Assembly (NCBI GenBank): GCA_050950765.1
Contig: JBMNIF010000001.1
Coordinates: 96,001-160,000 of the forward strand
Source: Bdellovibrionota bacterium
Lineage (GTDB): Bacteria > Bdellovibrionota_C > UBA2361 > JAAYZI01
Length of the DNA stretch: 64,000 nt
Direction: 5' to 3'
Part shown: one piece after another, positions 40,420 through 50,539 of the stretch
Layout: every line of letters starts with the position of its first letter
How positions within the stretch are numbered: position 1 is the first letter of the stretch
The notes under the pieces: generated by a model
Databases searched by the model: none
The model's input: the letters and a program-made list of their open reading frames with translations, nothing else
What the model was told of the DNA's origin: nothing
Position numbers and translations under genes: made by a program

Positions 40420-41652
40420 TTATCCGTTACAGCAACAACATCTACTGGTTGCTACTGCGGTAGCTTCGTTATTGAGTAGAAGCTCTTTTGGGAAGAGATC
40501 TCGCAACTGTTCTACTTTATCTGTCCTTTCCCAAGTAAAATACCCGTCTTTAGTTGGGGTTCTGCCGAAGTGACCATAAGTTGCAGTTTTCTTATAAATG
40601 GGTCTTAACAGATCTAGAGACTCTATAATTCCACGTGGCGTTAAAGAGAAGATCTTGCGTACAGCAGCTGAAATTTTAGCATCTTCAATTTTAGCAGTAC
40701 CGAAAGTATTAACAAAGACTGAAACAGGTTCTGCTACCCCAATGGCGTAAGCGATCTGCACTTCGCATCTCTCTGCTATTCCAGCAGCAACTATGTTTTT
40801 GGCGATATGACGTGCGGCATAAGCTCCAGAGCGGTCGACCTTTGAAGGATCCTTACCTGAAAAAGCACCACCTCCGTGTCTACCGTAACCGCCATACGTA
40901 TCAACTATAATTTTACGTCCCGTTAGACCACAATCACCAACAGGGCCGCCGATCACAAAACGGCCTGTCGGATTAACGAAGATCTTAGTGTCTGCTTTTA
41001 AAAGCTTACACGGAATAACTTTTTTTATAACATTTTCTGTTATAAAGCCTTCTAATTCTGTTAGTGATTTATCAGCGCTATGTTGAGTGGAAACAACAAT
41101 AGTATCAACAGCCAGCGGCGTGTTTCCGTTATAACGAACAGAGACCTGCGTCTTGGAATCAGGCTTTAAAAAATCAACGCCACCTTCTTTGCGAACTCTG
41201 CTTAATTCAAAAGCTAACTTATGAGAGAGCGATATCGGAAGTGGCATCAGCTCAGGGGTCTCGTTGCAGGCGAATCCAAACATCAAACCTTGATCCCCAG
41301 CACCCTGTTCTTTTTGATCCGAGCTATCTACGCCCATGCTGATATCAGGTGATTGTTGATTGATAAACTGCATTATTTTACACGTGCTGTCGGAGAACCC
41401 TAAAGCTGGATCGGTGTATCCGATCTCTTTAAGAATTTCTTTTATGATCTGTTCATAGTTAATTGCAGCACTTGAAGTAATTTCACCAGCAAGAATGATA
41501 TTTTCATTTTTAACTAATGCTTCGCAAGCGACACGACTAGCCCTATCTTTTGCTAAAAGTGCGTCGAGAATGGCATCACTAATCTGATCTGCAACTTTAT
41601 CAGGGTGCCCTTCAGAAACTGATTCCGAAGTAAAAACGTAAGAGTTCGTCAT
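40420..41652 (-). CDS. metK: S-adenosylmethionine synthetase
   Basis: [35 protein letters not shown] motifs. Confidence 0.98.
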   Translation of the reverse strand: MTNSYVFTSESVSEGHPDKVADQISDAILDALLAKDRASRVACEALVKNENIILAGEITSSAAINYEQIIKEILKEIGYTDPALGFSDSTCKIMQFINQQSPDISMGVDSSDQKEQGAGDQGLMFGFACNETPELMPLPISLSHKLAFELSRVRKEGGVDFLKPDSKTQVSVRYNGNTPLAVDTIVVSTQHSADKSLTELEGFITENVIKKVIPCKLLKADTKIFVNPTGRFVIGGPVGDCGLTGRKIIVDTYGGYGRHGGGAFSGKDPSKVDRSGAYAARHIAKNIVAAGIAERCEVQIAYAIGVAEPVSVFVNTFGTAKIEDAKISAAVRKIFSLTPRGIIESLDLLRPIYKKTATYGHFGRTPTKDGYFTWERTDKVEQLRDLFPKELLLNNEATAVATSRCCCCNG

Positions 41653-41947
41653 ATTTCAACCTCCAGTGGATTTAATGTAGATCACTTCGCAGATATCAGC
41701 AGTTGGGGTCCTTGCCGGATGTGTAGAAATGATATTTTAGCATAGTATTACTGCATGAGGCGTCATCGTGCAAGGTCTCAGTGTTATGAATTTCCCCCCT
41801 TGATATATAAGGTTTTCACCTTTTGGATAAATAAGAAATAGGATCCATGATTTTAAAATATTGAGATTAAAAGCGCAGTTTTTTGGGGCTACCGAGTTCC
41901 CCGCCATATTGTTATCCTCTTGAAAAAATTACCTGTTTTTAAAGGTC

Positions 41948-43504
41948 ATGGATATGGATCTAAAAAAGATTATACGTCCTTTGGGGATTCAAGACATAGT
42001 AATGCTTGTCGCCATAGTGAGTTTAACGTGTGTACAACTTAGTAGGGTGACATCGGATCCCGGTTTCGGTTGGCATTTAGCAACAGGCGATTGGATCATT
42101 AATAACTTAAAATTGCCCACTGAAGATCCGTTCCTATCAATTTCACGCCCTTGGATAGTGGAACAGTGGTTGGCAGAGGTAATAATGAGTGCCTCTTTTC
42201 GATTAGGAGGTTGGTCCGCTCTTTATCTGTTGACCATTATTGTGTACCTCTTTTCCTTCACGGTTCTGTTATACCATTTCGCTTCGCATATTGTTAAAGA
42301 TCTCTTGGCTGTATCATTAAGTTGCTTCTTAGCGTTTAAATTAGGGCAGGTACATTTTCTTTCCAGACCTGTAATGTTCAGTTTCCCCTGTTTTATTGTA
42401 GTCTGTTCTCAGATCTTTATCTTATTAAGGGCGATTAAAACAGGGCAAAGTGATGGTATTAAAAAAGCTTTTAATAAAGCTTACCTTTATATTCCTATAA
42501 CTCTTGCAGTGTGGGTTAATCTGCATCCGAGTTTTATGCTGGGGCTAGCTGTCTGTGTTTTGTTACCTCTAGCGCTAGTGCTTGACCGTATCATTTTGCA
42601 CGCTAAGATCGTTATTCCATATAAGTATATTACAATTCTATTGATACTTGCTTTTTGTGCTACATTACTTAATCCCTATGGTTTTAAACTACACTACCTT
42701 GCATTTTCAGTTAATAATAGTGAGTTTATAAAATCATTATTTAATGAGTGGCATAGTCCAAACTTTAGAGAGTACAGCGGAGTTCTTTTTGAAATCAGTA
42801 TCATGGCTTTACTTGGCAGCCTCTTTATCAGTCGTTGTAAAGGATTGCAATGGGGGTTCTTTGAGTTTTTACTTTTAACGGGTTTAGGATATGCAACTAT
42901 CAATTCTGTTAGAATGTTGCCGTATTTCGGTATCGCATTGGTTATCCCATTGGCAGAAGCCTTTTCTTCTGCTGTGACTCAACTCCTTGAGGGTAAATTA
43001 AAGATTATCGCAGTTGCTCTTAAAAATATCAGTAGAAAAGAAGCATTAACTTTACGAGGGAAAGGCATTTTTTATGCCTTTCTTATTATAAGTGTACTTT
43101 ACGCCTCTTTTTATCAAAAAGTTCTGTTTTATAATGGAGAGTTTGGTCCAGAACAGGAAAAATATCCGTATAAAGCTTTAGACCTGATTAAGGTTCGTGA
43201 AAGAGATAGCGCGCGCACTGTTGTTGCGGCTATTATGAATTGGGGTGGTTTTATTACGTGGTATGGAGAAGGACGGATAAAAGCTATTATAGATGATAGA
43301 AGCGCTTTATTGGGAGAGACTTTTATCAAGAGGTATCTCAAGGAGATAGAAGGTGGCAAGAATTGGCGCGATCTGTTGAAAGAGTTTGAGGCAAAGTATC
43401 TTTTATTAGAACCTGAATCTACTTTTGCAAAAGAGTTAAAAAGCGATGCACCCGAAAGTGTTTTGTATGAAGACGACCATTCAATTCTATTTTATGGCTT
43501 GTGA
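41948..43504 (+). CDS. Polytopic membrane protein, probable GT-C-fold glycosyltransferase
   Basis: DPGFGWHLATGDWI loop after TM1, WVNLH, LLNPYG, EW motifs; about 12 TM helices. Confidence 0.6.
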   Translation: MDMDLKKIIRPLGIQDIVMLVAIVSLTCVQLSRVTSDPGFGWHLATGDWIINNLKLPTEDPFLSISRPWIVEQWLAEVIMSASFRLGGWSALYLLTIIVYLFSFTVLLYHFASHIVKDLLAVSLSCFLAFKLGQVHFLSRPVMFSFPCFIVVCSQIFILLRAIKTGQSDGIKKAFNKAYLYIPITLAVWVNLHPSFMLGLAVCVLLPLALVLDRIILHAKIVIPYKYITILLILAFCATLLNPYGFKLHYLAFSVNNSEFIKSLFNEWHSPNFREYSGVLFEISIMALLGSLFISRCKGLQWGFFEFLLLTGLGYATINSVRMLPYFGIALVIPLAEAFSSAVTQLLEGKLKIIAVALKNISRKEALTLRGKGIFYAFLIISVLYASFYQKVLFYNGEFGPEQEKYPYKALDLIKVRERDSARTVVAAIMNWGGFITWYGEGRIKAIIDDRSALLGETFIKRYLKEIEGGKNWRDLLKEFEAKYLLLEPESTFAKELKSDAPESVLYEDDHSILFYGL

Positions 43505-43531
43505 TCATTCGAATATCTTAGGGTGCTTTAC

Positions 43532-43575
43532 AAAGGGACCGCTCGGCTTTTCTTTTTAAGTACCGAGCGGTCTTT
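43532..43575. terminator. Hairpin between convergent genes
   Basis: gaccgctcgg...ccgagcggtc 10-bp perfect stem with aaag/cttt flanks. Confidence 0.7.
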
Positions 43576-43579
43576 ACTA

Positions 43580-44722
43580 CTAGCGGTGTTGCTGCATAAA
43601 TTCGCGTAGTGCCGACTCAATATCTTGAATGATGACAGTATGAGTTTTCTTCTTACTCCCTGCCTCTCGTTTAAAGGCGTTTAATCCGGCTTGCTGGCAG
43701 ATGGCCTTTATATCTGCTCCAGATTTTCCTTCAGTGAAGTGTGCCAGAGCTGGTAAATCGACCTTATCTTCGAGTGGCAATTTTTGAAGATACAGTGCAA
43801 AGAGTTGTATTCTAGCTTCAAAATCAGGTAGCGGAATTTCTATTACTTTATTAAGTCTACCGGCACGTTTTAAGGCATCATCGACTAATTCAGCACGGTT
43901 AGTTGCTGCGATAATATAGAGCCCCCTTGTTTTTACAACACCATCAATCAACTGTAAGAGGTGATTAAGTAAGTTGTCAGCCCACTGTTCGTTACTACTG
44001 CTGCGACCACGACCGATAGAATCAACTTCATCAATAAAGATAATAGCGGGAGCGTGTTTTTTGGCAGCATTAAACAAACGAGTCAGATTCTTTTCTGATT
44101 CGCCCACCCACTTTGAAACGATCTGATCGGTTGAGAGTACAAAGAAATTCATTCCGGCTTCATTAGCCATAACTTTAGCAATAGTGGTTTTTCCTGTACC
44201 TGGAGGTCCCGTAAAAAGAATCCCTTTGGGCAGATCGATACCGTATTTTTGAGTCTCTTTCGGATCTCTTAGGAGGTGTGCAACTGAGATTAATTCAGCC
44301 TTTAAATCATTCCCGATAATAATATCGTCCCATGTTAACCGTTCAATGGCAGCATTAACAGGAGTTGGAAGGGGGGCATTATCGCGAGAGCGATCGGGAG
44401 AAGCGCCTGCTGTGTAATTAGCAACAATATTCAAAACTCTTTTTTGATAAGAGATCGTTAAAAAGGTGAAGATGATAGGGATGATGTGTAAAATGATTAG
44501 TAATATTTCATCGTTGCTGGCATTAGGAAGAACTCTTACGCCCTTAACAATAATTATGGCAGCAATTATGATGCAGACGGCACGTAAGAAAAAATCAAAA
44601 CTTTGTAGTTTATTAAAATCATACCAATATTTAAAATGTACAATAAAGTACAGAAAGGGCAGAGACATTAATATCAGTAATGTCAGGTGTGAAAAGCGGA
44701 GTGAGTAGATATAGTTCATCAT
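43580..44722 (-). CDS. Membrane-anchored AAA+ ATPase (Cdc48/FtsH-type AAA domain, no protease domain)
   Basis: GPPGTGKT Walker A, IIFIDE Walker B, AATNR, ALKRAGRL; three N-terminal TM helices. Confidence 0.88.
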   Translation of the reverse strand: MMNYIYSLRFSHLTLLILMSLPFLYFIVHFKYWYDFNKLQSFDFFLRAVCIIIAAIIIVKGVRVLPNASNDEILLIILHIIPIIFTFLTISYQKRVLNIVANYTAGASPDRSRDNAPLPTPVNAAIERLTWDDIIIGNDLKAELISVAHLLRDPKETQKYGIDLPKGILFTGPPGTGKTTIAKVMANEAGMNFFVLSTDQIVSKWVGESEKNLTRLFNAAKKHAPAIIFIDEVDSIGRGRSSSNEQWADNLLNHLLQLIDGVVKTRGLYIIAATNRAELVDDALKRAGRLNKVIEIPLPDFEARIQLFALYLQKLPLEDKVDLPALAHFTEGKSGADIKAICQQAGLNAFKREAGSKKKTHTVIIQDIESALREFMQQHR

Positions 44723-44968
44723 GGCGTACTTTTATAGTTTCAAGCGCTTATCTTTTATGTACAAGTAGACGATAAGTTAAGAGCTCCTTATTTAAATATC
44801 ATAATCGGGAAAATAGTTGTGAGTAAATACAGCAAAAAGGGGCTTAGTGTATTGTTATGCGGCAATTGCTAGCGGGGGAATCGTAATTTTTAATAAATGA
44901 GGTTTCAGAATTGTTCTAAGCTATGATAAGTTATTGTAAGAGTTGTTTATTTTAAGGATTTTAGAAGG

Positions 44969-46153
44969 TTGGAAGAGATATCTGATAGACAAGAGGAAAG
45001 TCGTTTACAAAACGTTGATGTTATCACTCTAAATGGAAAAACTATATTTTTAGTGGGAACGGCGCACGTTAGTAAGCAGAGCGTTGAGCTGGTTGATGAA
45101 GTTATTTCAAAAGAAGTCCCTGATGCAGTAACTGTGGAGCTGTGTGAATCACGTTATAAGTCGTTACAAGATCCTGATCGTTGGAAAAATATGGATCTTT
45201 ATTCTGTGATTAAAGAGGGGAAGGCTTACGTTTTAATGGCGCAGTTGGCACTTGCTGCTTTTCAAAAAAAACTCGGGCAGCACCTTGATGTAGCTCCAGG
45301 GGCAGAGATGATGCAAGCCATTAATGCAGCAAAGCGAGAAGAGATTAATGCAGAGATTGTGTTGGCTGATCGTGATATTAAAACGACACTAAGGCGTACT
45401 TGGAGCGCCTTAGGACTGTGGTCGATGTTGAAAGTGATCGGATCAACAATAAACGGAATGTTTACAAGTGAAAAATTTGATGAAGATGATATCGAGAGGT
45501 TAAAATCGGCAGATGCACTTGATGAACTGATGAAAGATTTTTCAAAAGCGCTTCCTGATGTTAGGACTGCGCTGATTGATGAAAGAGACCAATATTTAGC
45601 TGCTAAAATCGCAGAAGCTCCAGGCAAAAAGATCGTTGCCGTTGTTGGAGCGGGGCATGTAGCGGGGATTAAAAAATGGATCGATAAAAAAATCGATACG
45701 GAAGCGTTAGAGGTTATTCCACCGCCTAAATTGTTAACACGCATCATAGGTTGGGGCATACCGCTATTACTAGTTGCGTTGATTGCTTATGGATTTATAG
45801 ATGGCGGAATGGAGCAGGGAATAGAAAAGATTTATATCTGGCTTGCGGTTACTTCTATTACGGCAGCTTTCGGATCTATTTTAGCGCTTGCTCATCCCTT
45901 AACGGTTTTAACATCTTTTATAGTAGCACCCCTTACTACTATTCATCCACTTTTAGCTTCAGGTTGGTTTGCTGGATTAGCAGAAGCTTCTATCAGAAAG
46001 CCGAGGGTGAGCGATCTTGAGAATATAGCAGAAGATGTAACGACGCTTAAAGGTGTTTGGAGGAATCGAGTTAGTAAGATCCTTTTAGTGGTGATCTTAA
46101 CTAATTTAACGGGAAGTTTAGGGACTTTTTTAGCTCTTTATCTCTTGAGTTAG
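44969..46153 (+). CDS. TraB/PrgY (pheromone shutdown) family protein
   Basis: LVGTAHVS, VELCESR, PGAEM, LIDERD, VVGAGH motifs and C-terminal TM helices. Confidence 0.92.
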   Translation: MEEISDRQEESRLQNVDVITLNGKTIFLVGTAHVSKQSVELVDEVISKEVPDAVTVELCESRYKSLQDPDRWKNMDLYSVIKEGKAYVLMAQLALAAFQKKLGQHLDVAPGAEMMQAINAAKREEINAEIVLADRDIKTTLRRTWSALGLWSMLKVIGSTINGMFTSEKFDEDDIERLKSADALDELMKDFSKALPDVRTALIDERDQYLAAKIAEAPGKKIVAVVGAGHVAGIKKWIDKKIDTEALEVIPPPKLLTRIIGWGIPLLLVALIAYGFIDGGMEQGIEKIYIWLAVTSITAAFGSILALAHPLTVLTSFIVAPLTTIHPLLASGWFAGLAEASIRKPRVSDLENIAEDVTTLKGVWRNRVSKILLVVILTNLTGSLGTFLALYLLS

Positions 46154-46174
46154 GGGGAGTCGAATTTATTTAAA

Positions 46175-46293
46175 ATATAGGTGAGGTCAAATTGCGTTAA
46201 ACTTGTGAGGGTTTTTTTGCAAAGGGTAGTATTACTAGACCTTAAAGTGTTTTTAGATATAGGTGAGGTCAAATTGCGTTAAACTTGTGAGGG
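46175..46293. repeat. Perfect 37-bp direct repeat pair separated by 45 bp
   Basis: ATATAGGTGAGGTCAAATTGCGTTAAACTTGTGAGGG at 46175-46211 and 46257-46293. Confidence 0.95.
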
Positions 46294-46306
46294 AGTGAGA
46301 CTAATA

Positions 46307-46756
46307 TTAAGCTGCTACAGTAAGAGGAGCTCCTTTTCCTTCTCCGTTATATTTAAAAACGTTATCTTTTGGGTGACTAGTAATTTTTCCTTTGCCGTTC
46401 CCCCTGTATGTCGGAACGATATAGAGTGGAAACCCATCAAAATTAACAACACCGTCATGAAATGTAAGGGTTATATTTGCATGACCTTTGCCATTCTCTA
46501 ATACGATGGGATTATTTACTGAAATTTTTATAAGATCAGGGTGTTTTAGGCCGGTAGCTAGTTTTACTCCATCGACAGGGTTATTTTCACTATCGATAAG
46601 TGTCATCTTTGGAGTAACAGTAAAGGTGCCTGAGATCTCCTCCGCTAATGATGGCTTGTGCATAGCACAGAGAGTTATATTCTTATTACGATTGGGGTGA
46701 AAATCGAAACGAGTAGCACCTGAATGATTTGAAGAAACTGCATTATTTTGTGTCAT
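46307..46756 (-). CDS. Hypothetical protein (beta-rich)
   Basis: 149-aa ORF, AGAGG RBS on minus strand. Confidence 0.65.
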   Translation of the reverse strand: MTQNNAVSSNHSGATRFDFHPNRNKNITLCAMHKPSLAEEISGTFTVTPKMTLIDSENNPVDGVKLATGLKHPDLIKISVNNPIVLENGKGHANITLTFHDGVVNFDGFPLYIVPTYRGNGKGKITSHPKDNVFKYNGEGKGAPLTVAA

Positions 46757-46948
46757 AAAACCTCTTTAAATTACCTTTTAAGGTGTGCCGCAAATTTGTT
46801 TTTTAGTAATGAGATGATAGTGGATAAGGCACTCCCCCTGTATATAGATCTTAATTGAAGCTAGTTTTGATCCTTTATTAATTTAAATTTTCTTTCTTTC
46901 CTGACTTAGTGATTTAATAATGTAAAAATATCCAGTAAAATAGAGATA

Positions 46949-47644
46949 TTAACAGTGTGCACGCCACTCCTTTTGAATGTTTATACCTGCTAGCTCTTCA
47001 GTAATAAAACTTATTTTATTTAAAAGGTCATCTTTTTGTAGAGGTTTAACGGTCTTATTTTTTAAATTTTCCGCTGTGATGGAGATATTAAGATCCTCCT
47101 TACAACAAGATATTTGAAGTGTTTGAGTCACGATTGGTGCAAACCCGAGCGATGCGAAGAAGCAACGACTTTGGAAAACTTCCAATCCTAAACGGAGTGT
47201 GTTGATCTTTAATGGGAAGACTCGTCCCAACTGTCCTACGGAGAGGTAATCAGGGAGTTCTGAAGAACGGATAATCTTTGTGCGGTGTTTAATATGGTGA
47301 TTTCCTTCAAAAGAGTCGAATTCTGAAAGGATCTGCAAGGTAAAATCCACATACACCGTTTGCTCTGAATCTGGATCATCATCTAGTATTTGTGTTTGCG
47401 GCGCTTCTCCTGATACGTAAAAGATCTCTTCTAATAGCTCTTCAGAACCTTTTGCAACGGGGAAATCCTTACCCTTTAAATCTAATAAGATACCGCCACT
47501 AAGAGTTGGAGCAGGTAGGATAACATTAAGGATATAATCTGTTAAACGTGCAATACCGCTAGGTTTTATTTTGGAATGAAGTTGATATTCAGCATTGTAA
47601 CCACCGAAGATAAACTGTTTTTTGAAGTTTAGTGTGGAATTCAT
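46949..47644 (-). CDS. Hypothetical protein
   Basis: 231-aa ORF divergent from the tad operon. Confidence 0.7.
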   Translation of the reverse strand: MNSTLNFKKQFIFGGYNAEYQLHSKIKPSGIARLTDYILNVILPAPTLSGGILLDLKGKDFPVAKGSEELLEEIFYVSGEAPQTQILDDDPDSEQTVYVDFTLQILSEFDSFEGNHHIKHRTKIIRSSELPDYLSVGQLGRVFPLKINTLRLGLEVFQSRCFFASLGFAPIVTQTLQISCCKEDLNISITAENLKNKTVKPLQKDDLLNKISFITEELAGINIQKEWRAHC

Positions 47645-47954
47645 AGGGTAATATTCTTTAGTAGTTAGAAAGCGCTACCTTTGTAACAATTTAAAGGTGT
47701 TTTCAGAAGAGGGAAAAGCTTCTCTTATACCGTTCTTTTTTAGAAGAGATGCTTCACTTTCTAAGTTAATACTGCGAAAAATCTGCATTTTGTAAAAATA
47801 TCCATTTTAAGAAACATTTTGCAAAAATTAGCGAAAGAACCTCAAGTTTCCTCAAAAAGTAATAAAAAAGTCATTTTTTTTTGCTTAGGATATTTGTAAA
47901 GAGTATCCTGCTTTAGTCGCTTTTTCTTAGAAACCTTATATGGAGGACGGCGGG

Positions 47955-49376
47955 ATGTTGACGCTGTTTGTTGTTGATAAAAGTGCAGAAGCGCGTACAA
48001 GGTTGGTTGAAAAGATAAATGCTTTTTTGCAAAGTGATATCTCACTACTATCTTTTCTTCCTCAAATTAGTGTAAAGCCGCTCTCACTTGAAGAGCTTAA
48101 ATTTCATGCAGCTCCTGATTTATGTATTCTTGGAGATGAGCTTTTAAATGATGATATCTTTGAGATAGGAAAAATCAGAAAACAGATTCCTAGTGCAACG
48201 TTGCTGATTTGGTTAAGCTCTGAAGTTCAGGATTTTTCAGTTATTGAGCAGTTAGCTGGGATGGGGGTGGACGACACCTTAAATGCTAATTTAACTCCTC
48301 TAGAATTCGCTAAAAAATTAGTGCTCATAGCAGGGCGTAAAAAAAATGTAAAACACCACAGTAAGATGATAGTTGTCACATCTGGTAAAGGTGGTGTTGG
48401 TACTACCAGTATTGCCGCTGCTTTGGGGGAAGGTTTAGCGACTAACGGTTATTCAACGTTAGTTGTAGACTTTGATTGTGAAACACAAGATTTAAGTCGC
48501 TTTTTGCAAGCACGTCCTTTTCTTAATGAAAATTTACAAGGAATCTTTGATAGGACGAAAGCGATTACAAAAGAATCAATAGAAGAGTGTCTCGTTCAGA
48601 TTTGGGAAGAAGAAAAACGTTTTAAGTGCATGACTCCCATTTTAGAAAATGAGGCTTTATATGATCCGAATGCTTCTTATTCACGCACATTATTGTCTGT
48701 CTTGGAGGTCTTAGACGGTATCTTTGATTTTGTAGTAATCGATAGCGCTGCTGTAAAAGGTAATATCTTGCGAACTTTGATTAGAGTAGCGGATGAATTG
48801 ATTTTCGTAATTAACAATGATCCAGCTGCATTGTATGCAGGGGTTAATCGATTGGTGCAATATAGAAGTTGGTTATCTGCTGAAGCTTCTTTAACGTTAG
48901 TTGAGAATGCACCTCTCCGCAAAGGGCTAGCTTCAACATTTTTAAGAAGAGAGTTTCAAGATGCTGCGCAATTAGGGATGGATCATACATTTATCTCTAT
49001 TCCGCACTGTCATGCCGGATCAAGATGGCCTGCTTCGGGCGGAACTTTGTACAGCACCTCATCGAGCCGAACCATTAAAGCTTTACGCACTTTAGTTGAT
49101 CGTATGATCCCGCCGGAATTGAAGCAGGAAAGAGCCGGATTTCTACCTGCTTTACAGACAATAATAAGACGTTCAAACGTTAGGTTGGCAGAGCCGAGCG
49201 TTGCTTCTGAAAAGAAAAAGGTTATTGAAATATCTGAACTCCGTAAGGATTTAAAAGCCCTTCCTGCACCGTTGTTGCAAATCACTGAAAAAGAAAAAGA
49301 AGAGATAGAAATTGTGCCAGCAGCAGATAGCGATATCAGATCTCTTGTTTCAGGAGCACAACTTTTTAGTAACTGA
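47955..49376 (+). CDS. cpaE: CpaE/TadZ-like pilus localisation protein (degenerate receiver plus MinD-type ATPase)
   Basis: SGKGGVGTTS deviant Walker A, N-terminal receiver-like domain, first gene of tad cluster; GGAGG RBS. Confidence 0.75.
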   Translation: MLTLFVVDKSAEARTRLVEKINAFLQSDISLLSFLPQISVKPLSLEELKFHAAPDLCILGDELLNDDIFEIGKIRKQIPSATLLIWLSSEVQDFSVIEQLAGMGVDDTLNANLTPLEFAKKLVLIAGRKKNVKHHSKMIVVTSGKGGVGTTSIAAALGEGLATNGYSTLVVDFDCETQDLSRFLQARPFLNENLQGIFDRTKAITKESIEECLVQIWEEEKRFKCMTPILENEALYDPNASYSRTLLSVLEVLDGIFDFVVIDSAAVKGNILRTLIRVADELIFVINNDPAALYAGVNRLVQYRSWLSAEASLTLVENAPLRKGLASTFLRREFQDAAQLGMDHTFISIPHCHAGSRWPASGGTLYSTSSSRTIKALRTLVDRMIPPELKQERAGFLPALQTIIRRSNVRLAEPSVASEKKKVIEISELRKDLKALPAPLLQITEKEKEEIEIVPAADSDIRSLVSGAQLFSN

Positions 49377-49398
49377 TTTTTATTTTTAACTATATTTC

Positions 49399-49614
49399 AT
49401 GGAGATGAAAAAAATGACTAAAGTAAATGAAAAAGAAAGAAAAATTCGGAGCAAAAAAGAGGCAGCTTATACGTTGCTTGAATATTGTGCCGGTGCTGCT
49501 GTCATAGCAGGTATTGTATGGGTTGCTGTGTCTGCACTTGGCAGCAATTTAGGTGACCTCTTAGGCGCTATCGGTGAATGGGCAACAACGCGTGCTACTG
49601 AAATTCGTGGATAA
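49399..49614 (+). CDS. flp: Flp/type IVb pilin
   Basis: Basic leader, YTLLEY (E+5, Y+6) Flp motif followed by a hydrophobic helix; 71 aa. Confidence 0.85.
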   Translation: MEMKKMTKVNEKERKIRSKKEAAYTLLEYCAGAAVIAGIVWVAVSALGSNLGDLLGAIGEWATTRATEIRG

Positions 49615-49637
49615 TCGCTTTTTAAGGAGAGGTAGAG

Positions 49638-50534
49638 GTGGCAGTTCGTTCAGCAGCAAAAGGTAGTTCAAGACGGCAACGCAATCGTTCATCTTTAGGT
49701 GGATCTATTGTAATTGCAATAGCATTTATTATCGGAGCTCATATTATTGCCGATAAAAATAAGAATGTAGAGGTTAAAGCAGTAGAACCGACTATTGTTG
49801 CAGAGTATGACACGGTTGATGTTCCTGTTCCGGTGGAAACTGTTCCGAGTGGTACGAAAGTAAAGGATATTGTAACGAAAGTTGTTAAATATCCGAGACA
49901 CCAGATCCCTTCTGGTGCGTTATTAACATTAGCATCCGTTCAAGATGCTGTAACAACAACGATGCTTCCTGCCAATCTTCCGCTTTTCCGCGAAAATTTA
50001 AGTATTGGAGTACATGCAGGTAATCCGGTTATTGAACAGATCCCACTAGGGATGCGTGCGATTACCATGCGAGTTGATGCTACTTCAGCCGTAGAAGGGT
50101 GGGCAGGTTCCGGTTCTATCGTAGACGTTTTGCTCGTAGAGAAAGACAGAACGAGTGTTATTGCGGAGCAGGTGCGGATCCTTTCAGCAGAACGTGTTGT
50201 AACACCCCTTGAAAATGTTTCCACTCCTCAGGTTCCAAGCACTGTCACACTCTTAGTAACGCAACAACAGGCGCTGGCTTTAACAACAGCAGTCCCGCGT
50301 GGTCGAATCGCTTTTGCTTTAAGGAGTAAAAAAGATGAAGAGAACTGGCAGGATAAGAATTTCACACCTGATAAGTTGCACGGTCGTACTTTAAATACTG
50401 CGGTTAAAGTAGATGTTAAAGGATTTGTGTCTGTTAAAACTGATAGTGGTGAGAAAAAATTCGCTCTAACTGATGACGGTTGGATCCCTTCAGAGGTAAC
50501 ACCTAAAGGTTTTATGATACCGATGGAGTTTTAA
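49638..50534 (+). CDS. cpaB: Flp pilus assembly protein CpaB/RcpC
   Basis: SAF-like domain, IPLGMRAITMRVD, VDVLL, TVTLLVT, FALR motifs. Confidence 0.9.
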   Translation: MAVRSAAKGSSRRQRNRSSLGGSIVIAIAFIIGAHIIADKNKNVEVKAVEPTIVAEYDTVDVPVPVETVPSGTKVKDIVTKVVKYPRHQIPSGALLTLASVQDAVTTTMLPANLPLFRENLSIGVHAGNPVIEQIPLGMRAITMRVDATSAVEGWAGSGSIVDVLLVEKDRTSVIAEQVRILSAERVVTPLENVSTPQVPSTVTLLVTQQQALALTTAVPRGRIAFALRSKKDEENWQDKNFTPDKLHGRTLNTAVKVDVKGFVSVKTDSGEKKFALTDDGWIPSEVTPKGFMIPMEF

Positions 50535-50539
50535 CAGAT

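Noticed and set aside
41653..41800. SAM riboswitch upstream of metK
   Set aside because: Somewhat GC-richer leader, but I could not match SAM-I/II consensus elements; needs an Rfam scan
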